A stretch of 8,761 nt of DNA from a virus (taxonomy: Duplodnaviria; Heunggongvirae; Uroviricota; Caudoviricetes). The stretch lies in the IMG/VR virus record IMGVR_UViG_2645727563_000007, one strand, 5' to 3'. Shown piece after piece: positions 1 through 6,222 of the stretch. The notes below the pieces were generated by a model. That model had not been told where the DNA came from, made no database searches, and saw only the letters and a program-made list of their open reading frames with translations. Every line of letters begins with the position of its first letter. The stretch's first letter is position 1. The position numbers were made by a program, and so were the translations under genes.

Positions 1-81
1 ATGTCAAGCTGTTTTTTAATAGATAGCACAAAATGCTAAAGATGCCCCTATACCATCTCGTACAGGGGGTTTTGGAGGGGT

Positions 82-270
82 TTAGCGGGGGTCGGTATGG
101 TTATCTGTTCTGGTCCTGTCCTTGAGGTCAAACGACCATTCACGACCAAACAATCTGAACACGATAAACACTCTGACGATGAAATAGCGAAGTAGTAGGC
201 CTGCAATAAGTCCAATACCTCCACCAGCCCAAACATCAGGTGACCCCAGTTCAGGAGGGAGATTTACCAT
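82..270 (-). CDS. small predicted single-pass membrane protein (62 aa from internal ATG; the ORF extends to 306)
   Basis: ORF on - strand. The internal ATG (plus 268-270) is preceded by AGGA (revcomp of plus 277-280) at 6-nt spacing; the upstream ATG at 306 has no Shine-Dalgarno. Product MVNLPPELGSPDVWAGGGIGLIAGLLLRYFIVRVFIVFRLFGREW... has one hydrophobic helix then a charged tail. No family recognised. Confidence 0.3.
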   Translation of the reverse strand: MVNLPPELGSPDVWAGGGIGLIAGLLLRYFIVRVFIVFRLFGREWSFDLKDRTRTDNHTDPR

Positions 271-433
271 TAAATTTCCTGTGTGCAATGCAATACCATG
301 TGACATACATAGTTGATTCGGTTAGTTGGGCTTGTACCAACCCCTATCGAATAAACCTCATAGCCACGCCTCATATTTTACTCTCCCCATAGAACCATTA
401 TACCACAGATGTTAATAAAATGTTAAAAAATGC

Positions 434-462
434 TTGACATTAGTCTTTGAAAATGCTAGTAT
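434..462 (+). promoter_or_regulatory. sigma70-type promoter: -35 TTGACA (434-439), 17-bp spacer, extended -10 TGcTAGTAT (454-462)
   Basis: Perfect -35 hexamer, optimal 17-bp spacer, TG-extended -10 with conserved A2 and T6, AT-rich upstream tract; about 50 bp upstream of the first ATG of the 512-1823 operon. Confidence 0.45.
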
Positions 463-511
463 TGTCTATATGGTTAACAGAGAATTAACAATTATAAGGA
501 CTGGCTTATGA

Positions 512-1069
512 ATGAACGACAGAGAATTTAGAGCGATGCTTCAGGCATCAAAAGAACGCAACAAGCACAACTCCTACGCTTACACAAACAATCCCACCAG
601 CTACGAATTACCCAAGTTCACCAAGAAAGAACGCAAAGGCATTGACGAAGTAATTCGGGCAATTACACCGAGGAGTCGTTATATGTCAACCAGAAAGAGC
701 ACCCAGAACACTATTAAAAATTATTTGGCTAACTTTGACAGTTACGAGCAGTTACCAAGCAAGCTTGATGATATTTTTATTGGGTTCTGTAGAAGTGAAG
801 GTCACCCGAAATACAACAAAAAACTATTTTATCTTCTAAAGAATCTTGATGAAATTAACTCAGCTACCGTGACAAATTATCTTCAGCGACAAGCAACCAG
901 ACTTAGCTACGAATTACCAAGCGATAAATATTGTGCATTGCTTGCTGTAATGTGTGCAAAGCTAATTGGTATTGTTGAACATCATATTGCCGTTGGGAAT
1001 ATTGAGCCAATGGAAAACGAGCAACCAGATTTCGAGTTTGACCCGTATTTAGTTACAGAGGAATTTTAA
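512..1069 (+). CDS. hypothetical protein, 185 aa (first gene of a coupled four-gene operon)
   Basis: ORF track; AAGGA (496-500) upstream of ATG 512; stop codon directly abuts the next start (TAA 1067-1069, ATG 1070). No domain recognised by eye. Confidence 0.6.
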   Translation: MNDREFRAMLQASKERNKHNSYAYTNNPTSYELPKFTKKERKGIDEVIRAITPRSRYMSTRKSTQNTIKNYLANFDSYEQLPSKLDDIFIGFCRSEGHPKYNKKLFYLLKNLDEINSATVTNYLQRQATRLSYELPSDKYCALLAVMCAKLIGIVEHHIAVGNIEPMENEQPDFEFDPYLVTEEF

Positions 1070-1348
1070 ATGAAGAAACACACTTTGACCCGTATTTCAG
1101 AGGAAGCTTTTAACGAGCTTGCCAGAATTAAACGAGCTACTAACCTGCCTCATCAGACTGTTATGCAGCTTGCAATTGCTAAAGAGGTCACTGAGTCGGA
1201 TTTACTTAAATATCCAGTCTCTAAAGGTCGTAAGCACATCCGAATTACTCAGGACGCTTTAGATACTTTGAAGGCACTTAACGGCTTTAAGATTGATATT
1301 GCCCGTCTATTGAGTCTTAAGATTCACAAGTTAGCGATGGAGGTCTGA
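1070..1348 (+). CDS. ribbon-helix-helix (CopG/Arc-like) DNA-binding protein, apparently two tandem RHH units, 92 aa
   Basis: SD AGAGGA (1057-1062) 7 nt upstream. N-terminus MKKHTLTRISEEAFNELARIKRATNLPHQTVMQLAIAKEV has the beta-strand / helix / helix pattern of CopG-type RHH proteins; a second similar unit RKHIRITQDALDTLKALNGFKIDIARLLSLKI follows. Confidence 0.5.
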   Translation: MKKHTLTRISEEAFNELARIKRATNLPHQTVMQLAIAKEVTESDLLKYPVSKGRKHIRITQDALDTLKALNGFKIDIARLLSLKIHKLAMEV

Positions 1349-1350
1349 TT

Positions 1351-1623
1351 ATGAAGCAATGGCGAGATGATATTAAACGGTTCTTTGCAACTTACTTCAT
1401 GATTAATTACGAAACAGGAATGCTTGAATGGATTGATGGCGGAGAGGTTAAGACAAGAGATGATGCTTACGGTAATCCAATGATTCGTTATGGCACTCGT
1501 GATTATTATGTGAAGTATGTCATCTGGTTTTTGCATCATGAAGTTCAGGCAACTAAAAAGATTATCTTCAGGGATGGTAATAAAAGAAATTGCCACCCAA
1601 ACAATTTACTACAGGAGATTTAA
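1351..1623 (+). CDS. HNH_3-like (homing-endonuclease-type) small protein, 90 aa; canonical catalytic His apparently substituted
   Basis: SD GGAGG (1339-1343); start 2 bp after the previous stop. C-terminal ...YVKYVIWFLHHEVQATKKIIFRDGNKRNCHPNNL resembles the HNH_3 pattern (hR.vW ... vDHiDGN..NN...NL), but the DH preceding DGN reads FR. Confidence 0.4.
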   Translation: MKQWRDDIKRFFATYFMINYETGMLEWIDGGEVKTRDDAYGNPMIRYGTRDYYVKYVIWFLHHEVQATKKIIFRDGNKRNCHPNNLLQEI

Positions 1624-1823
1624 TGTTATGTATTAAATTCGAATATTTGACAGATAAAATGATTAAGCATGTATCAGACCTGCTCATCAAAGAAGATGGT
1701 TTCGGTGATGTTTGCAATCCAAAAGATATCTTCATTCACGCCACCAGCCCAAACGAAACATTAAAAACAGCAGTTACAGCGGAATGGTTTGAACGAAATA
1801 AGACAGAATTAGGTTATTGGTAG
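1623..1823 (+). CDS. hypothetical protein, 66 aa (start reassigned to ATG 1623)
   Basis: ATG at 1623 overlaps the previous stop (TAATG); SD AGGAG (1613-1617) at 5-nt spacing. The track's longer ORF from 1590 uses a TTG start inside the upstream gene with no SD. Confidence 0.45.
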   Translation: MLCIKFEYLTDKMIKHVSDLLIKEDGFGDVCNPKDIFIHATSPNETLKTAVTAEWFERNKTELGYW

Positions 1824-2002
1824 TCCGAGACTTTAAGAGAAATTAGAAAAAAAGCTTCTCAGGCGCTCTCAATCGCATTCTAACGCAAAAAACTATCTTA
1901 TTTTAGGGTGGGTAATACCACTGTACAGGCTACCCCTGAAAAAGACTGTTTAGCTCGTTACAGAGCGATTGAGGAGGTCTGGTAAAAAGGAGATTTTAAG
2001 AA

Positions 2003-2326
2003 ATGAACAATTTCCCGCTACAGATTTTCGTTGATAGCGACACCGCTATGATGGTGCAAAGCTTCATTGATGCAGGTATTAGCATTGACTTTGACAGGCT
2101 GTTAAAGCTAATGGCTGAGAACTCAGAAACAATCGAAGATTTTATTCAGGAAATTGAAACTGGTGAACCACGTTTTATGTTTCCTGTTACCGACTCAAGC
2201 ATGAAAAGGCTTGTTATCGAAGAAACTAACAAATACAGCGTTAGCCCTGAAAAATATCTCAAGGCGGCTATAGCAATTTTGTACAGCGATAATATTCTGG
2301 TGACGGATTCGAAGGTGGTGCATTAA
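2003..2326 (+). CDS. hypothetical acidic protein, 107 aa
   Basis: ORF with AAGGAG (1987-1992) upstream of ATG 2003. By hand count about 18 Asp+Glu against about 9 Lys+Arg. No family recognised. Confidence 0.55.
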   Translation: MNNFPLQIFVDSDTAMMVQSFIDAGISIDFDRLLKLMAENSETIEDFIQEIETGEPRFMFPVTDSSMKRLVIEETNKYSVSPEKYLKAAIAILYSDNILVTDSKVVH

Positions 2327-2403
2327 TGGGTTTAATAATTGCTTGGACGCTGTTAGGGTTATTTGTTGGTTGCTGGATGGGTAACACAGTAAATAGAAAT
2401 TGA
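2326..2403 (+). CDS. small hydrophobic peptide, 25 aa (MGLIIAWTLLGLFVGCWMGNTVNRN), candidate
   Basis: ATG overlaps the stop of the 107-aa gene (TAATG at 2324-2328), suggesting translational coupling. One predicted transmembrane helix. Below the ORF-track length cutoff, so supported only by coupling and hydrophobicity. Confidence 0.3.
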   Translation: MGLIIAWTLLGLFVGCWMGNTVNRN

Positions 2404-2427
2404 TGTTACCAATCTGTTAAAAAGCTG

Positions 2428-2456
2428 TTGACAAATAACCTTGAGCATGACATAAT
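2428..2456 (+). promoter_or_regulatory. sigma70-type promoter: -35 TTGACA (2428-2433), 17-bp spacer, -10 CATAAT (2451-2456)
   Basis: Perfect -35, 17-bp spacer, 5/6 -10, preceded by an A-rich UP-like tract (TTAAAAAG). No long ORF follows for about 430 bp. Confidence 0.5.
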
Positions 2457-2658
2457 TGTATATATGAGGATAGTCTTCTATCCGAAGTCTATAGGGAGAG
2501 CAATTCTCCTTGAATTAAAATATTAATCGTCTCTACATCGATGATAACTATATTCTGAGTTGGAAAGGTGCAATGCTTTTCGTCATGGCCTTTCAGTTTA
2601 GTCTGAGAGGCTATCTCAAAAAGTGCTTAATCATTCATTATTGAACCCTTACAGCTTT

Positions 2659-2688
2659 GCCCTAACTCATGATTAGGGCGTTTTCTTT
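2659..2688 (+). terminator. intrinsic terminator: stem GCCCTAA / TTAGGGC, 7-nt loop, then GTTTTCTTT
   Basis: Perfect 7-bp stem (2659-2665 / 2673-2679) followed by a U-rich tract (2681-2688). Confidence 0.5.
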
Positions 2689-2757
2689 AAGAGTTTTTAA
2701 ACAGAGCTTTTAAAGAAAGTTTTTCCTGAAACTTCGTTAACGTTAAAGCAAACCTTC

Positions 2758-2794
2758 AAAGCCCTTTACAGATTCAATGTTTAGGGCTTTTCTT
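2758..2794 (+). terminator. second terminator-like hairpin: AAAGCCCT / AGGGCTTT, 17-nt loop, then TTTCTT
   Basis: 8-bp stem (2758-2765 / 2783-2790) with U-rich 3' side. The long loop lowers confidence. The 3' half (TTAGGGCTTTTCTTAATAGAG) is a diverged copy of the 2673-2697 terminator region. Confidence 0.3.
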
Positions 2795-2890
2795 AATAGA
2801 GCATCTTTAATAAATCGTTAAGTCATCTTCTAAGTGTATTGGCGTTGAAGGTGCTCTATTAAGAAATAACCACACTTAGAGGAAATTATA

Positions 2891-3601
2891 ATGGCCAACG
2901 ATATTTACATTAACGGTAAAAAGATTGATAGCTTCGGTGACTGGTCACCAACGACTGAACATCCAGCTATCACTATTCAGCGTCAAGAGCATGACAAGCG
3001 TATTAAGCTTGAGCAAGAAATCCGAATGTCACCAAAGGTAATTTCCTTTGTGACTCCTGAACCTCAAGAGATGCCCGATATCTGCAAGGGTGAATCACTA
3101 CTTGAGCTTGAAAAGAAATATTACCCACTGCTGAAAGCACAGCGTATTAAACTTGATGACGCTTACAGCAAAGTTACCTTGATGCAATCAGCTATTGAGC
3201 CGTCAGAATTTGAGATTCAGGATGAATTGTCACAGAAACCATTTGTCTATTACCAATACGAAGACAATGATGGTTTTGGTATTTATCCAGAAAGCATCCC
3301 AGCCGTGATTAGTAGTCTTCCTGATGGATATCGAATTGTGAAGATGGTTAAAGCTTCAAGGGGTGCTGGTCAGTTTGTTTACATGACCGATAAAAGCGAT
3401 GAAGAAGTCTGTGAAATTGCCAGACAGAACATCTTGGCATCACGTAACAAGCAGCTTGATAGTGCTAAGTTGTGTCTTTCAAGAGAGCTTCAGGCTATGA
3501 AAGAGCTTGTGAAAGAATATGAAGATGCTAAGAAGGTTGCTATGCAGGCTGATATTGAGCAGCTTACGAAGATTTCTCAGAAGTATAGCAAGGTACTTTA
3601 A
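2891..3601 (+). CDS. hypothetical protein, 236 aa, predicted coiled-coil C-terminal region
   Basis: ORF with SD AGAGGA (2878-2883) 7 nt upstream of ATG 2891. No family recognised. Confidence 0.6.
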   Translation: MANDIYINGKKIDSFGDWSPTTEHPAITIQRQEHDKRIKLEQEIRMSPKVISFVTPEPQEMPDICKGESLLELEKKYYPLLKAQRIKLDDAYSKVTLMQSAIEPSEFEIQDELSQKPFVYYQYEDNDGFGIYPESIPAVISSLPDGYRIVKMVKASRGAGQFVYMTDKSDEEVCEIARQNILASRNKQLDSAKLCLSRELQAMKELVKEYEDAKKVAMQADIEQLTKISQKYSKVL

Positions 3602-3625
3602 CTAATAATTAAAAGGAGGTGATGA

Positions 3626-3829
3626 ATGATTGATTTAACAGAACGCTATGAACTTATTAAAGCAATTAGCGAGAGATTGAAAGAACAACCCAACAAACCA
3701 AAACGAATCAAATCATCCACCTCTAGGCAAAATAGCAGAATCAGAAGAATCGCTAAATGGTGTCTTGATAAATTACCAAGTGATTGTCAGATTGTCGGTG
3801 AAGATGGTAATTATTATCTGGTTAGGTAA
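3626..3829 (+). CDS. hypothetical small basic protein, 67 aa
   Basis: Strong SD AAGGAGG (3613-3619) 6 nt upstream of ATG 3626. Lys/Arg-rich centre (KPKRIKSSTSRQNSRIRRIAKW) suggests nucleic-acid binding. No family recognised. Confidence 0.5.
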   Translation: MIDLTERYELIKAISERLKEQPNKPKRIKSSTSRQNSRIRRIAKWCLDKLPSDCQIVGEDGNYYLVR

Positions 3830-3855
3830 CAAGAATTGGTTGGGTAAAAATCAAC

Positions 3856-3896
3856 GGGAGAGATTATCGAGTGACATCGGTAGCTCTCCCTTTTTT
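3856..3896 (+). terminator. intrinsic terminator: GGGAGAG...CTCTCCC stem with inner TATCGA/TCGGTA pairing, then TTTTTTGT
   Basis: 7-bp GC-rich outer stem (3856-3862 / 3884-3890), an inner 6-bp helix (3865-3870 / 3877-3882, one G.U), and a T6 tract (3891-3896) directly after the 67-aa gene. Confidence 0.55.
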
Positions 3897-3926
3897 GTAT
3901 ATGAACACTTAAGAGGTGAAACATGA

Positions 3927-6059
3927 ATGAGCAAATTCACAGTTGATAGTTTTATCGTTGAGCTAGGCTTCAGCGAGAACGTTATTAAGGGCTTGCAAAG
4001 AGTTGAAAAGGCAGCTTTGCAGTCAGCACAAAGAATTGAAAAGAACCTAAATAAAGGTTTCAGGATTAATACAAAGCAGCTTGATAGTAATTTAACGGCT
4101 TCTTTAAAGTCAATGGAAGGGAAGATTAATAAGACCTTTGACCGTCTGGAAGCTAGAGCACGAAGCACAAAAGTTTTCCAGTTTACCACCAGATTTAATG
4201 ACACTGTTAATCCTCCAAAACAACCGAGACAGCCACGAATTAGCGGCAACAGAGCAATCACAGCAGCTTATTCAGCTAATATGACCAAGCTGAAAGGTCT
4301 TAACCCAATTGTCGAGAAATACATCAAATCTCAGTTTTACGGGCTATCTGCTAAAGCTGGGTCAATGGATAATTCAAAATTCAATGAGAAGTTGGCTCAA
4401 TTAAATGCTTCGGTCAGAGAAGCAATTGCTAAAGCCAGAGGCCATACATCCACCAGCATTAACGGTGACAGAGCAGCTAGCAGTCTTGATAATCTGTCTT
4501 TAGCGGCGGTTAAAACAGCAGGTGCATTTATCAGCTTTCAGGCTGTACTATCCGCTTATCAGCGAGTAATGGAAGTTGGCCTTCAACGTGCATCATCGGA
4601 AAGAAGTATTGATTTCGTATTCGGTGACCAAAGTACACAGGTCAAAAAGTTCATTCAAGATTTAACTCAGATTACTGGGATGGACACAACCGAAACACAA
4701 GCACAGTTTGCTTCATTTGGTGCATCTGCAAAGAACACGATGGGTCTTGAAGGGTCAGAAGAGTTATTTAAAAACCTTACAGGTTATGCTCGTTTAATGG
4801 GTCGTTCAGATGAGCAGATTCAAAGAGCATTAACCGCAGTGTCGCAGATGGCTTCTAAGGGTCAGGTGATGTCTGAGGAGCTGAAGGGGCAACTATCTGA
4901 AGCTTTACCGGGTGCTACTCAGGCATTTGCAAAGGCTTTAGGTCTGACTGAAAAACAGCTTTTCGATAAGATGAAAAATGGTGATGTTAAAGCCTCTGAT
5001 GCACTCCCTAAATTTGCTAAAGAACTTGGTTCACAGATTAATTCAAGAGGTGGCTGGAAAGCTATTCAGGACTCTACGCAGACAATGCTAGGGAACTTGA
5101 AGAATACTTGGAACAACTCACTAACGGATATTTTCAAAGGTTCTGAAGATGGTTTGCAGGACTTCACAAGAAGCTTGACCAATCTTTTAAACGCTCTTGG
5201 TGGAACTGGTAAAACATTAGGTGAAAGTTTTGGTAGCTTGATGACTGATATGTCACATGGTGTCGATTCATTGACTGATATTTCTTACAAGGTGAGAGCT
5301 TTCTTTGATGAGGTGACATTAGCTTACCGTTCACTAAATGACACTCAGAAAAAAATTGTTGACGGTTTATCTGATGGGTTAATTGATGGTTTGAAGATGC
5401 TTGCTGTAGCTGTTACTGCTCAAAAGGCTGCAAATGTAGCTGGAGGCTTGTTAAACCTTGCAAATGCTGTTACTTCATTCGGTGATGCTGTTAATAAAGC
5501 TAAAGCTGGCAAGGCTGGTTCTTCAGGTGGTGCGCTAAGTAAAGTCGGTAGAGTTGTCCTTTATGCTGAGTTGGTGAACTTTGCTCTTGATAATTTAAAC
5601 CCTGAAGCTGCTAAGAATCCGAACTTACATCAATCAGGTATTGGCACAGAAACAAACTTCAACCCTGAATACAAAGGCGATTCATCTAAACCAAACCAAA
5701 TTAATGAGGGATGGGCTAAGATTGGTAGTTCTATCGCTGACTGGTTTAATGGTGCAGCTAATAAAATTGCTAACTTCCAAGAGCCAATGAGTAACCTTGT
5801 TAATAACACACAATCAACTCCACCAGCTATCACAGGTGACATGGTTAATAGCAATGCTCAACTTGCAATGACTATTAGTGAACTATCACGCAAGGTAGAC
5901 GCTTTAACAGTAGAAGCTAAGAAGCCCTTGTCAGTTAATATCACTGGTGAAGCAACTGTTAGACCGGATGAACCAGCTTTCTTTAATTTCAGTCAATCGG
6001 CTAATGACCAGTTCACGCAGGATATGCTCTTAAGTTCAAGCTATCCAGAGGAAGAATGA
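3927..6059 (+). CDS. phage tail tape-measure-domain protein, 710 aa
   Basis: SD AAGAGGTG (3911-3918). Central segment ...QMASKGQVMSEELKGQLSEALPGATQAFAKALGLTEKQLFDKMKNGDVKASDALPKFAKELG... matches the conserved tape-measure motif. Predicted helical N-terminal part and Gly/Ala/Ser/Asn-rich C-terminal part are typical of these proteins. Confidence 0.8.
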   Translation: MSKFTVDSFIVELGFSENVIKGLQRVEKAALQSAQRIEKNLNKGFRINTKQLDSNLTASLKSMEGKINKTFDRLEARARSTKVFQFTTRFNDTVNPPKQPRQPRISGNRAITAAYSANMTKLKGLNPIVEKYIKSQFYGLSAKAGSMDNSKFNEKLAQLNASVREAIAKARGHTSTSINGDRAASSLDNLSLAAVKTAGAFISFQAVLSAYQRVMEVGLQRASSERSIDFVFGDQSTQVKKFIQDLTQITGMDTTETQAQFASFGASAKNTMGLEGSEELFKNLTGYARLMGRSDEQIQRALTAVSQMASKGQVMSEELKGQLSEALPGATQAFAKALGLTEKQLFDKMKNGDVKASDALPKFAKELGSQINSRGGWKAIQDSTQTMLGNLKNTWNNSLTDIFKGSEDGLQDFTRSLTNLLNALGGTGKTLGESFGSLMTDMSHGVDSLTDISYKVRAFFDEVTLAYRSLNDTQKKIVDGLSDGLIDGLKMLAVAVTAQKAANVAGGLLNLANAVTSFGDAVNKAKAGKAGSSGGALSKVGRVVLYAELVNFALDNLNPEAAKNPNLHQSGIGTETNFNPEYKGDSSKPNQINEGWAKIGSSIADWFNGAANKIANFQEPMSNLVNNTQSTPPAITGDMVNSNAQLAMTISELSRKVDALTVEAKKPLSVNITGEATVRPDEPAFFNFSQSANDQFTQDMLLSSSYPEEE

Positions 6060-6072
6060 TTTCTTATATATC

Positions 6073-6137
6073 CGTGTGCTACGTGAAATCTTCTGAACAG
6101 ATATACCCACCAAAAATTATTTTTTACGTAGCTCACG
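6073..6137. repeat. imperfect inverted repeat: 16-nt arms (6073-6088 / 6122-6137) around a 33-nt spacer
   Basis: CGTGTGCTACGTGAAA and TTTTACGTAGCTCACG pair at 15 of 16 positions (one U.U mismatch, one G.U); located just downstream of the tape-measure stop codon. Confidence 0.5.
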
Positions 6138-6158
6138 CTTAACAGAGAAAATACATAT

Positions 6159-6208
6159 ATTTCAAAGGCTTGGTTAAAAATGATTAAAATACACTAAGCC
6201 TTTGAAAT
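6159..6208. repeat. perfect 13-bp inverted repeat ATTTCAAAGGCTT / AAGCCTTTGAAAT (extendable to 16 bp), ending 2 nt before the next gene's SD
   Basis: Arms at 6159-6171 and 6196-6208 are exact reverse complements; three further pairs (one G.U) extend the helix; SD AAGGAG at 6211-6216. Confidence 0.55.
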
Positions 6209-6222
6209 CAAAGGAGAATTTA

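Noticed and set aside
48-236. 62-aa ORF on the - strand
   Set aside because: Overlaps the 82-306 ORF in another frame, has no SD, and the product is Cys/Ser-rich low-complexity; most likely a frame shadow.
1324-1596. 90-aa ORF on the - strand
   Set aside because: Lies antisense across the tightly coupled + strand genes at 1070-1623, with no SD or promoter; typical antisense shadow ORF.
1590-1622. TTG-initiated 5' extension of the 1623-1823 ORF
   Set aside because: It would overlap the upstream gene by 34 nt with no SD; ATG 1623 with an AGGAG SD and TAATG coupling is the better start.
2305-2315. tRNA T-arm-like GGATTCGAAGG
   Set aside because: Lies inside the 107-aa coding sequence with no surrounding cloverleaf; no tRNA or tmRNA gene is evident at either end of the window.
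2464-2526. Possible leaderless 20-codon ORF (MRIVFYPKSIGRAILLELKY) starting at the predicted transcription start
   Set aside because: The AUG coincides with the expected +1 of the 2428-2456 promoter, but there is no other support and the region forms a 5' hairpin; noted only as a possibility.
2404-2890. CRISPR array or type III toxin-antitoxin-like tandem repeats in the non-coding region
   Set aside because: No regularly spaced direct repeats are present; the only repeats are the two terminator-like copies and inverted repeats.
3851-4261. 136-aa ORF on the - strand
   Set aside because: Antisense to the tape-measure 5' end and running through the terminator hairpin; no translation signals.
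5240-5285. Short internal direct repeats (TGACTGATAT twice) in the tape-measure gene
   Set aside because: Internal sequence repeats are common in tape-measure proteins; no sign of a separate element.
5630-5854. 74-aa ORF on the - strand
   Set aside because: Entirely inside the tape-measure gene on the opposite strand; no support.
6202-6222. TTG start proposed by the ORF track for the 257-aa gene
   Set aside because: The TTG sits inside the 3' arm of the 6159-6208 hairpin and has no SD; ATG 6223 has a perfect AAGGAG at 6-nt spacing.
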